NCBI GenBank assembly: GCA_977016875.1
Contig: CDRNST010000020.1
Span: forward strand, 5,952,001 to 6,016,000
DNA length: 64,000 bases
Origin: Pavona decussata
Lineage: Eukaryota
Direction: 5' to 3'
In this document: one piece after another, positions 1 through 12,378 of the stretch
Layout: every line of letters starts with the position of its first letter
Position numbering within the stretch: position 1 is the first letter of the stretch
Translations under genes and position numbers: made by a program
The notes under the pieces: model-generated
Told to the model about the DNA's origin: nothing
Seen by the model: only the letters and a program-made list of their open reading frames with translations
The model's database searches: none

Positions 1-3000
1 CTCAGTCCCTTGAACCATAGTACGTTGAGTTTACCAGATGCTGACCCTCGAGTTCCAAAATCGCTTGGGTTTTCCTTTGTTGGGACGTAGTTCCATGTTG
101 CATCCGTCAGTTCACCGATCTTCTTCACTCGATTGCCTACGAAAGTTGTCCATTCTCCACGATTTGCCAGTCAGCATAGCACTGTAATGCTGTCCACCCA
201 GTTGTGGTAGAATGAAATGGGGAATGAAACCAACGCTTTGCTCGCATTGCTCTGAAGTTTAGCCAATGTGTGTGCTGCGACCAACTCCAGTCGTGGGATG
301 CTCATCTCTTTGGGCGCTACTCTGGACTTAGCCACAAGTAGGTTTTGGTCTACCGGTGTGGAGTCTTGAAATGTCACAATGTACAATGCAGCACAAACGG
401 CAACCTTGTTGGCATCTGAGAACCCATGAACCTCAAAGTGTGTTCGTTGATGCCTGAAAACACAGCGTGGTACTGTAACAGTTGGAGCTTTTTGTAAGCT
501 GGTGACCCATGCATCCCATTTCCTTTGAACCTCGTTTGGCACCTCTTCGTCCCTTTGTAGTTTGAGCAGACACACTTCGCTGAAGATCAGCTCTGCAGTA
601 ATTGTCACCGGAGCACTCCAACCAAGTACGTCATAGACGCTGTTTATCGCCGAGATTATTTTCCTCTTTGTCAACGGCTTCGACACCTTGAGGCATGTCT
701 TGAAGTCAACAGCAAGCGTGTCCTTTGTCTTGTTCCAGAGGGTACCGAAAACCTTCGTCTCACTGTTCTCCTTGTGACCAACCAAAGCTTTGGCATATGT
801 TTCCTCCTCGCCAGGTTTTTTGTTCGAGTTCAGGCCTGCCGCGTTGCTATGCCACTTGTGTAGTGAGAAACCGCCTTCCGATAGAATCTTGGTCAACTCT
901 TCTTTGAACGCGATGGCGTTATCAACTTCATTGACGCTTCTTTGAACGCGACGGCGTCTTCAACTTCATTGACTCCTCCTTGGATGTCGTCAACGTAAGT
1001 ATCTTCCAGTAATGCTTTTGCCGTGGGGGTAATTTTTTCCTGGTAATCTCTGATGTGCTTCTGTAGTGTCGCTCTAAGGATGTATGGACTGGACGTGGCC
1101 CCAAAGATCACTCTCGTAAATCGGTACTCTGTTACATTCCGGCTAGCAAGATTGTCGTACCATAAGATTCTTTGTGCTTCCCTGTCCTTTTCGTCTACTC
1201 TGATCTGAAGGAACGCCTTCTTGACATCTCCTGTGATGCAGAATTTCCTCATTCTGTTTCAAAGAAGGATGTCGAGCTGGAGAGGTTGCAACGGTGGTCC
1301 AGTGTCCAAGCAATCATTTAAGGATGGACTTTGGCTGTTCTCTCGTGCAGAACAATCGTACACGATCCTCATCTTTGTTGTCTCAGCATTTTCGTGAATG
1401 ACTGCTTGGTGAGGAATGTAATGTACCACCTCCCCCGTTGGCTGTGGGGGCACTGGCTCGATGATTCCCTCAGTGATCTGGTCCTGCATGATCTTATCGT
1501 ACTCTGGTAGCTTCCTGGTCCTTTCAAGCTTCCTCACCGTGCTGTTAAGTCGAGCTGCCGATAGATTCCTGTTTGAGGGAAGGGGGACATGCCCCTCTTT
1601 CCATGGCAACTTTGTGTTGGAGAAAATCTGCGTGAACTATAGCGTTCGTTTTCGTCTCGGCGTCCGAAAGTCCTAGTACGTCTAATGAGCACAACTTCCC
1701 AAATTCTTCCGGTCCAGTCTTCAGTAGAAATTGTTTCTCCGGTCCACATTCTGTCACCAGCTGTCGTCCGAAGATGGTCCAACCAAGCATCATGAATTCA
1801 GCGCCACGGTCCTTGTCTGGATTCGCTCCCAAGATCAGTGGTTCTGTTGTCCCTATCCTTTGGTAATCTGCCGCTCCGAGAATGATATGGACTGGAATGG
1901 AATCGTCCTTTGTTTCTTCCTCGCTGAAGGTTAGTCTTCTTAAACGGCCATGTTTTCTTTTCAAGGACTGGACACTTGGATTGGGCAGGTAAGTGAGTGT
2001 TTCCTTCTCAGCATTGATACATTCCACGTTTAGGGCAAACCCTTCCACAGCAAGTGATTGTATTGTCATGCTGTAACTTCCACGTTCCTTCTAGTTGTTC
2101 CGAACATCTGCTCAATGCAGCGTTGTTCTTTTCTGGCGGGCTTCGGGTTAACCTTCGTTTTCACGTTGGTACACACGTAGGAGCTTCCCACTCCCGAGTC
2201 GAACATCACACGCACGGTTTCCGATCCCACTTTGGCCAGCACGGTAGGGTGCAGGGTGCTTGAGTGACTCATCAGCGAGCTCATGCTCTTTTCCATCCTT
2301 GAATTATGAGCCAGTCAACGGTCGATTTCACGTTGTCACAAATAGAAGTGTGATGTTTTCCCTGGCAGTTTCTGCATCCTCTTGACTAACACTGAGATGC
2401 TGCGTGTCCTGTGCCTGTACAGTTCCAGCACAACCCATTTCTATGTATGATTGCTCGCCTGGCAGCTATGTCGAGAACCTTCGTGCAGTTGTGGCTGTAA
2501 TGATCGCACGAGTTGCAGTACACACAGGTCGGCTTCTGATTTGACCTTGGCCTCCTATTGTTTCCAAAAAGCATCTTTGCTCTCTCTCTATCCCTTCTCC
2601 ATGGGCGGAGCTTCTGGCTGTCATCTTGACGGTTCTTAGAGGTGTCGTCTTTCGTACCTGTGTCCTCATTTGCTCTCAAGGGATTCCTTTCCACGTACTT
2701 CCGAAGGTTTTCCACAAGCTCTTCTAGGCCCCATTCCTCCCAGTTGTCATCTTTCTGAACCAGTACTTCTCGAACAGGTCCCAGCCTATCCATCAAAGTG
2801 TACACCAGGCTTTGAGCAGAATGCAACCTTTTCATAGTGATGAGTGTTCGCCCCACGCTGGAGAGCTTGTTGTAGAAGTCGTGGATATTGCTGAGCCTGT
2901 GGATACTTGTGATTCCGGCAAGATCTTCGAGTTCCTTGATGAGTGCCCTGTGCACCTTGGTGGCCTTCCCCTAGGTCTGCTCCAGGATCCACTTGGCCTC

Positions 3001-3728
3001 CCTGAAACCATCTTCGCTATGTGGAAGTCCTAAGATATCATCCTCAGGTTTCCCCTTCACGAGCTCCAGTAAGTGATTAAATTTGCTAATTTCCGATATT
3101 GTCGAGCCGTCTTCTTCTACTGAGAATTGGTTCCAAAACAGCAGCCAATCTTTGTAGTCTCCTTTGAAGGGTGTATTTTTGCAATTTTACTGACTGTGGC
3201 GAGGATTTGTCGGGTTTTTCCGAAATCCGCCCCTTTAGCGTGTTCCGCATGACTTTGCCCGATTTGTTTTTCGAAGTCTAGTTTTCGAAGATACCATTCT
3301 TCCTCCCGTTGTTGCTGTTCCATTACCGCGTTCTCGATTTCCTTTTGTTGACGTAATTTGAGCCTCGTTTGCTCTTCATTTATCTTTTGTTGAACGTACA
3401 ATTGCTTATCGAGTTCCGCTTGGTTATCTGCCCTAATAAATTCGTCCAATTTCTTTTTAATGTCGAGACGAGCATCTCGAAAGGGCTGGAAGGCCCCCTT
3501 GTTTTCTGTTTGCCATCTTTTGATGTACTCTAAGTCCTTATCTGACTCTATCAAATATTCAACTGTCCCCTCCTTCGATTTCTCAAGCCTTGTGATTAAT
3601 GCTCCAATTTGGTCATGAGCTAGTGAAATGTCCTCTATATGCTCACTCAGCGACAGTTCCCTTATTTCCTCGAGTTTGAGTTAAGCTACCTCTAGTTGCT
3701 TGTTAAATTTGTCCTCTGTGAAAGCCAT
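1..3728 (-). pseudogene. BEL/Pao gag-pol, broken into ORFs 3117-3554, 2386-2955, 2066-2296, 1545-2069, 1259-1609, 893-1252 and 171-896
   Basis: Collinear domain motifs spread over different frames. Confidence 0.92.
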
Positions 3729-3850
3729 ATTTCTGATGATTTCGCTACTCAGCTGATTACGCAACAAAGGAATTTGCAGTGTACCTATTTTCAGCTATTG
3801 TTTACATTGAAGTCCGTGTGAAGAAGTCTGTAAAGGCCGATCCAATACTG

Positions 3851-3867
3851 TCCTGGCAGGGTCGCCA
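3851..3867 (-). promoter_or_regulatory. Primer binding site, probably tRNA-Arg(ACG)
   Basis: The + strand reads TCCTGGCAGGGTCGCCA, resembling the 3' end plus CCA of invertebrate tRNA-Arg(ACG) (TCCTGGCAGGATCG-CCA). Confidence 0.8.
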
Positions 3868-3875
3868 CCATTCAG

Positions 3876-4213
3876 TGTGGGGAATTTTCCTAGTTGCTCT
3901 GTCCCTAATTCCCAGTGACACTGAAGACTCACAAGTATGATTTGAACACGATCTGTATTTCTCTTTCGATCAACTGAAACCTAGATTTCACAACAACTCA
4001 TCTGTCAATAAAAGTCACGCGTACCGGAAAAGGTTTGATTACAAGTTATTTTGAGTCCTTCTGGAATGTTCTAGAATGTTCTATGTAAACAATGAACCCT
4101 ATGCATCGCCCTATTAATAACTTAATCAACATTTAATCAACACGAAAATCAGATAATAGCTTAAAGATTACAAAACAAAACAAAGTCTTTATGTCCGATT
4201 AACGTTCTCCACA
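3876..4213 (-). repeat. 5' LTR of the BEL/Pao element (338 bp)
   Basis: Bounded by TGTGGGGAA (3876) and TTCTCCACA (4213), an 8/9 terminal inverted repeat of TG...CA type, lying 8 nt from the PBS. Confidence 0.85.
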
Positions 4214-4406
4214 AGTATGAAACTACATATTTGAATCATTTACATACATGTACATTCCCATACCTTAAAACAAGGAAACAGTTTTTCTTATGATGACTTA
4301 TTTTATCCATATTACGTTCTGTAAGCTTGCTTGTACAAACTAGCAAGAATGTTGCTGCCAGATGTCAGCAGAGTTAAGTCTACAAATTGAACATGTAACG
4401 TCTCAC

Positions 4407-4802
4407 CTTGATAAATCCCTAGTTAAATTACTCTCGTCCTCCCAACTGCATGATTCAAACGGCCATCCACGCCACTTAATTAGATATTCGAAGTTCCGAA
4501 AATTACGAAAATGTAATTGCATTGCAGGAAGGTACTCTACTCTAAGCCTTAAGTAAGGAAATTAAGCGAAAAAGTAAAAACAAGACGATGAATACACGCG
4601 GCACAACTAAAATTCTTTACGGCGGGAAACGCATACTTACCCAACGAACCTTCCGTCTGCTGATTATCCTTTCCACTTGGTATAGCTTATCTTTTCTTCT
4701 TCTACTTGCGCTAGGTGCACTATTGTACAAAACCACCGAAGAGACTGAATTCAACTGTCTGTAGTCCACCTTACTACACTTTTGACGGCTTCGATCTGCC
4801 AT
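4407..4802 (-). pseudogene. Small spliced chromodomain gene (exons 4802-4641 and 4495-4407)
   Basis: Joined exons read LYQVERIISRRKVRW|NFEYLIKWRGWPFESCSWEDESNL, a chromodomain with a Y/W/W aromatic cage. Donors GTAAGT and GTGAGA; the acceptor reads TTTCGG (AG apparently mutated). Confidence 0.8.
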
Positions 4803-5044
4803 CTTTCCTAGTTATGGTTTTCTTTATTTTTTGGTTATAAACTGCCGACACCCCTGCGTGTTCAATTGTCCGAAATTTCTGCCAATGAGGTATGTTTACG
4901 TTTACAAAATGAGATATAAAATACCTTACTGTTAATCACATCTTGTTGGGTAATTTAATATGCAGGGATGTGCTCTAGCAGAGATGTGCGGGACTTGGAT
5001 TCCTCAGGCTACTGGTTTTTATCCTTGTATGACCAGATCAAACA

Positions 5045-6496
5045 ACATCGCTGGTTTCTGGCTTAAACATATTGTGCAATTTTGGCGGCAATTCTTTTAA
5101 AAGTGTCTTCTTGTCAGAACCATCAAGCTTGTGAAGTCATCGCAACCGGTTCCTTTCCTGTCAGCATTTTTCTTCTCCCATACATTAAAGGACACACCAC
5201 AACTGTTAATAGCAGCTTTGAGTGAATCCAAGTGTTTGCTTGTTCTTTGGCTGGGGGGTTTGTTTAAATTTTCCTTTTGGTCCCGGGCGAGTGCTTCTTC
5301 AATTAAGTTGTTAGTCAAAACATCTGTAGATACAAGTAAACTGTAAATCATTAGTAACTTCTCCTACAGCTGTAGTTTCCAGGAGTTATTTTTTGCCTCA
5401 TTAAGAAAGCAAAGTTTTCCCTTCTATTTCCCTAACATTTCAAACAATGTCAGTAGGATGAGTTAATTATAAAAAAAAAAAAAACCAAAAGAGTTTGACA
5501 AAACAGACTACATGTACCTGTTACTCTCGGCATCAAGTGAAGCTCATCAAGTGTAACATTTTGTAATGGAATTTCAAGCAAGGGCTGGTGGACACAAGAC
5601 AACTTCTTGCTCTTCGCAGAGTCCCTCATGGTTTGAAGAGTTCTCACAAGAGATTCTTGCCAGTAGTAATCTCTGTACACACAAGAGAAATAAAAAAATA
5701 TTGAGTTTATTTCATAACCGAACAATTCATTTAGGCAAACTGCTAGAATGAGTAGGATGTTAATTTACCTGTCTCTCTTGTGAAATGTACACCAAAGGCA
5801 TGAATAATTGGAGGTTGCATCCTTCATACCTAGTATCAGTAGAAGAAACTGAAAAAACAAACAAGGGTAATAAGGACATAACAAAATCAACACAGTTTTT
5901 TGCCATTGTAGCTAATCAGGAGGGAATTTTGAAATGGTCCAAACTTAATTAGTTATTTACACATAAATGCAATTAGATACTTTACCTTGTAGTCTCCACC
6001 CAGAAACATTTCAATCGATATCTCCTTTCCATCAACTGTTACCTTGCCTTCCCTTAAAATCTTGTTAATGGCATTAAACAAATCTTTACATGAGGCCTTC
6101 AGAAGATCATAGCTTTCTTGACCCTTTTTTATTGCAACTGTATTATTCTCAAATAAAGAAAAATACTAAGTAAATGAAAGAGATGAAAGGAACTTCACAG
6201 GGAACAACAAATTGCCATTCACTGCATGATGTGGTACCTTTTGATGACATAACATCATCATTCTCCACAAGTGAGTATGACATAATGACTAAGTTTGTAA
6301 GTCTGGATATTCTTGCACAATCTCCACTGATCTTAACTTTACGTTTTGCATCTGGTTCATCTTGGATTTTCTGCAGATCATGATCATGATTACTATTATT
6401 GACATGATCATTAACATCATTAATATTGCTATTATAATATTGTGATCATTTCATATTATTAGTATTACTCTATCATTATGATAAATTATTGTGATT

Positions 6497-6529
<33 letters not shown>

Positions 6530-7657
6530 ATTATTACTATTATCATACCAGGCATACCAGTTAAATGACTGGCACTGGTTTACAGAACACTAAATCGAAA
6601 TGCTTACCAGTTTCCTTATTGTGTTCTGAAGTTCACTCTCAAAGTCAAGTTGAGCTCCTTTGCTGTACCAGTGGATCTTCGTGTGTGGATCAGCTCATTT
6701 AGCTGGTTCTTGCTTTGTCTCAACAGGTAAGGCCTAGGTAGACTTCCCCCCCACATGCTAATGTGAGTTCATGATAAGCTGCTCTCTTTAATTTTGTCTT
6801 GGTCTTCTTTGGGCAACTCTTTGAATGATTTAGGTCCTTGTCCATGGCAATTGATGTTGTGAGTCTTACCATTGTCATCTAGAAATTCCATAGAGCTTAA
6901 CCTAAGGCCAAAAGTCTCTGCGAAGCATAGAGCTCTTTCAGCCTTAGTTTTTAGCTCTCTTAGCTTCCTCTGCTGTTGTTTTTCTTGGACTTCAGTAAAT
7001 TTCTTGCCTGTGTTTTCTAATTTCTCAAGTTCCTCCAATTTTTCTACATACTGAGACAAATGGGCATTCTCCTCCTTTACCAGTTTTAAATCATCATACA
7101 TCTCCTCTACTCTCTCTTTTGCTTTACGTTGTAGTTCCTGGGCTTCATTTATTTATTTCCAAAGTTGATCCATTAGCTCTTGAAGATCTTCATTATCGGG
7201 TAACAATTGTTCATTTTTCTCTTGCAATATTTTGTTTTGTTTCTTCTGTTCTTTCAACTCCTCCTCGACTTCAGCAATGTTTCGCACTTCCTCCTTACGT
7301 ATGGCTATCTTTTTAACCTTGCTTCCAAATTTTTCATATTTTTTTGCCGGAAATTCCAACAAACCCCCTCTTCACTGTGGACGCGAGCCTCCTAAAAGTG
7401 GTTTTCAATTCTTTCGCAGTCTCTCCTTATCAAAATCCCAAACCTTTCACCAATCAATGCATTTGCGATGTGAATAAAGTTAACGTCTGCTCCAGTGCTT
7501 TCCAGTTGATGACACGGTTTCGAAGCGCTTTTCAGAGTTCTTTTTCATGCTTTTCCACATCACTAGCATCACTGACGTCATTGACATCACTGTCAGAGAG
7601 TTCTTGAAATTTATCTTTTTGCCACTTTAAATATTTGAGTATCTCTTTAACATTCAT
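5045..7657 (-). pseudogene. Intron-containing RAG1/Transib/Chapaev-like (CMC clade) DDE transposase, 3'-truncated
   Basis: Exon motifs KVKISGD (~6320), FLGGDYK|FLLLILGMKDATSNYSCLWC (~5990-5790) and LDELHLMPRVT|DVL (~5545) parallel RAG1 VKESCDG / GYDEK..CTLC / DALH. N-terminal coiled coil; stops and frameshifts; third catalytic E region not seen. Confidence 0.75.
6497..6545 (+). repeat. (GAT)n/(TAT)n microsatellite in a transposase intron
   Basis: Direct reading. Confidence 0.9.
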
Positions 7658-7984
7658 TCATTGTCGCAATCGATTATGTTGCAATCGACAATGAATGGTT
7701 ATACAATTTTCAGAGGTACAGTAAATTTATTGACTCAAAAACTCGAAATTATTCACAAAATTGGACTTGTACCAACAACTAGTTTCATTGTGTATGACTC
7801 CCATCAAAATTCTCAGTTTCAGCAAGAGAGCAAAACTGATTATTCCCACCCACCAACTAGCAAGTGGACTATGGACTAGAAAACCCTCCCAAAATATATA
7901 TTTACATGTTCAAATAATACTGAGTGAACTTCCCGGCATTTAAAACGTGATAATTTTCCACTTTTGACTAACAATATGCAACGT

Positions 7985-8110
7985 GTTGCTCCAGAAAGTA
8001 TCCATACTCCCTCAAAGAGGGTTTTTTTGGTTTGCACCCACCCCCACTCTTTTCCCTCGGAATTTCTAATGGCCCTTAGGGTGGGTATGGATATTTGCTG
8101 GGACCAAAGA
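7985..8110. mobile_element. Degenerate MITE (same family as 49031-49189)
   Basis: Inverted ends CCAGAAAGTATCCATAC ... GTATGGATATTTGCTGG. Confidence 0.55.
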
Positions 8111-8585
8111 TTTGTGAAATTGCACAAGGTCTATTTACATAACAATATATATTATACTACAGGATATTTACAGCCTTGTAGAACTTTGCATGAGTGTAAG
8201 TTTACAATGTCTAAAAACGTGAGATATAATGGAAAATATCTTATTTGTTTCAATAATGGCCTGTTCGGATAAAGAGTGCAATTGTTTTCGTTTTCTCAGA
8301 GTAATTTCTTTAGGCTTTGAAACTGCGTCTCCACTCTGCCCCTCCCCGTTGAAAATTACAAACTTTGGTTTGAATGCCAAATACTTTTCTTGAGGTATCA
8401 CACCGTTTTAACTCATTTATACGCAAGCCCCTTTTAACCAACTCACATTCCTCTTAGGGCATTATTTTGAAATCTCAATTTTGAACTCTCAACTGAAAGT
8501 GTGGATCACTGAAACAAACAATGAAAGAATTGAAATTCAAAGGTTCAAAGGTAACTAATAGTAGGAACAGAACAGATGGAAATTC

Positions 8586-9080
8586 CTACACCATATGTAT
8601 TTCTAATATTTGGTTGAACCACATCGAAAACCACTGGGCTTGTCGTCCAGAGTGAGGGACACTTCTCGCAATTAATGCTCCATGGCAACCTTGCCGATGA
8701 GAGTCCACAAAAATTAAATTGCCACCACAGTCAACAATTAAAAGTACTGCCTTTGCATTTAACACAAAGATGTTAAAGGAAGGTTTTACTTGAAGAAGTG
8801 ACTGTGTGACATCTTCTAGCTGGTCTACAGGATTGGCTCTGAAGATATTGTACTCCTGCAAGACTCCACAAGCTCGACATTGTTCTCCAACTGCAGATGT
8901 GGCCTCCTCTGCAGTTACATCAATGCCTTGTCCATCAAACAGTTCATCGTGAATGTCATTGCCAATCCTGATGGCATCTTGTAGGGCAGTCTGCCATTGT
9001 TCATTAAGGAATTGTCCCGAAAGACGTGGGAAACTGTACGCTTGGTAGAGCAGACCAAAGTGCAAAGCAATAAACACACA
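8586..9080 (-). pseudogene. Papain-fold cysteine protease fragment (Peptidase C76 / herpes tegument deubiquitinase-like), N-terminally deleted
   Basis: Cys helix C-VFIALHFG, then AIRIGNDIHD, and C-terminal LIFVDSH; sequence upstream of the Cys is replaced by an inverted duplication. Confidence 0.6.
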
Positions 9081-9601
9081 GTGTTTATTGCTTTGCACTT
9101 TGGTCTACACTGCCATGCGGCTCAGAATTCTTGGAGTTTCCACCGAAGGCTGGTCATGAGACCTACACATAGATGTGGATGCAGGTGGATCTACTGCTGC
9201 CATTCTGGATGTTCCTGCAGGTGTTTCGGGCTCAGACACTCTGACTGCCCACCCTAATCCATTCACAGGAGGGCCTCTTCCTGATGGCTGTGGATGCACT
9301 CTCCTTGGCAGCACATTTGCCCTTACTCTTGGAGACAAACTTGTGAGGTATGTCTTATCCAATGCCTTCTTAACACTCTGGAGGGCACTCCTCTCCCATG
9401 TCAACTTCTTCACTAAGTAACCATGGAGGCAGCTACCATTTTCATCCTCGGATACATCTGATTTGTCAGAGCTTGTGTAATCCCATGTGAGGGCCCTTTT
9501 AATTGTTACTTTTTTTTTCCTCAAACCAGGGCATGGTTTTCAATAAAGATAGTTTCTCGTAATTTTCTGAAATAAATAAATATAAAATATCTGTCAGCTT
9601 C

Positions 9602-9663
<62 letters not shown>

Positions 9664-9735
9664 GGGCTAGGGCTGGCCGCCCAATCATTGTTTCGGTAAT
9701 CTGAGCATCCAGAAGGTTTTACTGCCAAAATAATA
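9602..9735 (-). repeat. (TTA)n tail with short upstream sequence, probably the 3' end of a truncated LINE
   Basis: About 20 TAA units at 9602-9663; source of the poly-Tyr ORF. Confidence 0.6.
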
Positions 9736-10200
9736 GTTTCCCTGCAAGGAGGCCAAAACCTGGGGGGGGGGGGGGGATCATTGTATTCCATGTGTACACA
9801 TACAAATATTGATGTATACATACAAGTTGATGTCATATCAAACATTTGAGCGCGCTTGAGGTTGTGGGAGTTGGTGAGGTGCTTCAAATATATGGAGAAT
9901 AGCAATTGTGGACACAGAACCACGTCTTTTTTTAGTTTAAGAAATTGACAGTTATACTTTTGGAATAAGAAACCATGGGACATTTGAAGCAGAAGCTTAC
10001 AGGACAGGAGAACTGATCCAAAAACATACAAGTCAATTGTCAAGTCAACTGACAGAAGCTGAAAGACCTATTTCAAAACGATGAGTTGTCAGACAAATAA
10101 CCCTCAGTGACTGAAAGACTTCACTAGCAGTGTTCCAGATGAGAGGGGAGTCTCAGGTCAAAAACTCTACAAGGTCAGCTACGTGACCCGACAGATCAAT

Positions 10201-11339
10201 ACAAGCATCAAGAGTTTGGCGCTTCCGGTTGTGACACAATGCATTATGGGATAGGCTCTCCAGAAAAGTGGGCACCAACTCTCGAATGTCCGCCATAATG
10301 AATACATCCTGTCCCGATCGCGTTTGTTTACCTCCGATTGATACTGCGTTTTTCCACCATCGAACACTCCCGTTAAACCTTGAATATTAGTCAGCATATA
10401 AAGTGGTGAGTTAATCTATTTTGTGGCTATTGATGTTTTTCTCACGAAAATATTGCGGTAAAACTACATGAATTTCGAGTAGGATGTTGGCTGGTGATCG
10501 ATATGCCTCACGTCTAAAGTCATTCTGTTTTGATTTATTCTCTAGGTATGGGATTTGGGCACCCGAATTGTGTAGTTGTTCGATGTCCCAACAGCGATAA
10601 AAAGCTGAATAAATGGGCCAAACAGACCTGTTCATGAATGTTTGAACAGGACACAGACATAGGCATGCGACTGTGAGCCACCATTCAAGCTGTTTCCCTT
10701 TCCCACGTCCTTTCCCGGGTGATCTTCCACAAGAAATACGGTAATATAACTAAGAAAAATCGGTGGTGAGGATGTTATGGCATCACTTTCACGAAGCCAG
10801 TCTTTCAGAGTAGATGGATCGGGTAAAGAAGATCCATTTCCCATATCTAACAACCAAGCTTTCTCGTTCGCAGTGGTTGCGATCCTTTCTTCAGCAGTCG
10901 GTTGGACAGGAGTTCCCATTTCCGAGGCTGCAAACACACGAGCAAACAGTTCTTGCTTGCTTCCGGAAACTTTCCAACATCGTTTACGGCAATAAAGCTT
11001 TAGAGCGTCTGAATGCCAAGTTTTAACTTCTTCCTAAGTTAGAGACTCCTCACAACTCATTTCAAACACAAGTTCTTGGCCTAAAATCACGACTTAAAAT
11101 GTAATTGGTTCCCTCAAACTTATTCACAAAACTTCACTTAAATCTTTAGCCGTACTTAGCTGATTACGAATGCCAGTAGATGAATTGAAGAAGCAGAAAT
11201 AAGCCAAGATACAAGGTAATCAAACGCGACCGGATATATTCACTATGGCGGACATTCGGGAGTTGGTGCCCACTTTTCTGGAGAGCTATCCCATAAGGCA
11301 TTGTGTTGCAACCGGAAGCGCCAAACTCTTGATGCTTGT
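10201..11339. mobile_element. ISL2EU-type DNA transposon, internally deleted
   Basis: ~110-bp TIRs starting ACAAGCATCAAGAGTTTGGCGCTTCCGGTTG; AT on both flanks (10199-10200, 11340-11341). Contains a THAP-like start on + (CDCEPPFKLFPFP) meeting a SAP-like start on - (VSGSKQELFARVFAASEMG), as in transposase + YqaJ ISL2EU elements. Confidence 0.8.
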
Positions 11340-12235
11340 ATAAAAAATTTAAAATGGTTTGGTGTGAGCACTGGAAATTTAACCCAATGGAATTCCTTGT
11401 TGACATGCTGCCTTAAAATCTTATCGGGAACCCTGTAATCGAGGCCTACAGCTGAATTTGAAGCCAGCTGTTGCATGACCAGTCACACAACCGTTCAAGA
11501 GACCTTGTTAGTCAGTTTGTAGCTCGAATAGTACATTTTGTATTACTGTTTACTTATGTTCATACCATTGTTGCTTGTAGGAAAACATTCAATTCTCATT
11601 TTCGCAGAAAAGTCAGAAAATTTACAGAATGCTCGCTCAGTTTATGATTCTGTCTTCGAGAAACATGGAATTTATTCTTGTGCAGTTGATTGTTCTTGAT
11701 TTCACACCTTTCCATGAGAACAACAAATGGTTGTTTTCCTTCAAGCAACAAATGGTATAAATATAAGTAAACAGCAATACAAAATGTTTTATTATTCTTA
11801 CCAGCGGGGGCAGTTTTAGTGTAAGCTACTCTTAATTATAACATGAGAATGACCATCACAGTTATGGACTCTACTTGAGCAGTACTGAATATAAGGCCTG
11901 AAAACAAATTGTATGGGCAGGGTTCCAGATAAGCTTGTAAGGCAGGAAGAGAACTACCAAATTTGTTGGGTCATGAAGCTGACCTTGCAGAGCTTTTGAG
12001 CAAGACCCTCTCTTATCTGGAACCAGGACGGGAATTGAACCCATGACCTCTGCGATCAAATATATGATTTTCATATGTATTCACTCTTCAAGTTATATTA
12101 AACATTTCAAAGGTTTCCAAGTTCGAACACTGTCTTAGAACAATAAAAATGGCCACAAAAATAAATCCTTTCTTCAGGTGGATAGCCTAAGTCGCAGATG
12201 TAAACTTACCTCAGTTAGCAAGGTCTGTGAAGCAG

Positions 12236-12378
12236 CAGCAAATTCCTTGTTCTGAATTGCTATATGTACCAGAATTTGAGCATGTGCTGTGATTAGCCCA
12301 TCAAAGAAAGACTTCTGTTGACAGACCAATCATGGCACATACTCAAATTCTGGTACACAGAACAAGGAATTTGGTGCT
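12236..12378. mobile_element. Palindromic MITE-like element
   Basis: Arms GCAGCAAATTCCTTGTTCTG..GTACCAGAATTTGAG and CTCAAATTCTGGTAC..CAGAACAAGGAATTTGGTGC. Confidence 0.55.

Larger units (their letters stand above)
1..4213 (-). mobile_element. BEL/Pao LTR retrotransposon, decayed; its 3' part runs off the window start
   Basis: Minus-strand order: gag (ATG ~3728; zinc knuckles CVYC..H..C and CWNC..H..C), aspartic protease (VMFDSG), RT (GDVKKAFLQI, FGATSSP, YVDD), Pao RNase H (VHGFSDA, AKSRVAP, IPRLEL, WVDS). Many stops and frameshifts; LTR and PBS upstream. Confidence 0.95.

Noticed and set aside
5045-7657. True RAG1/RAG2 (ProtoRAG) locus
   Set aside because: Only distant core motifs; no RING or nonamer-binding domain recognised, no RAG2-like kelch/PHD gene, no 12/23 RSS.
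12025-12060. tRNA gene (GGTTCAATTCCC B-box on the minus strand)
   Set aside because: No complete cloverleaf or A-box; likely a fragment of a tRNA-related repeat.
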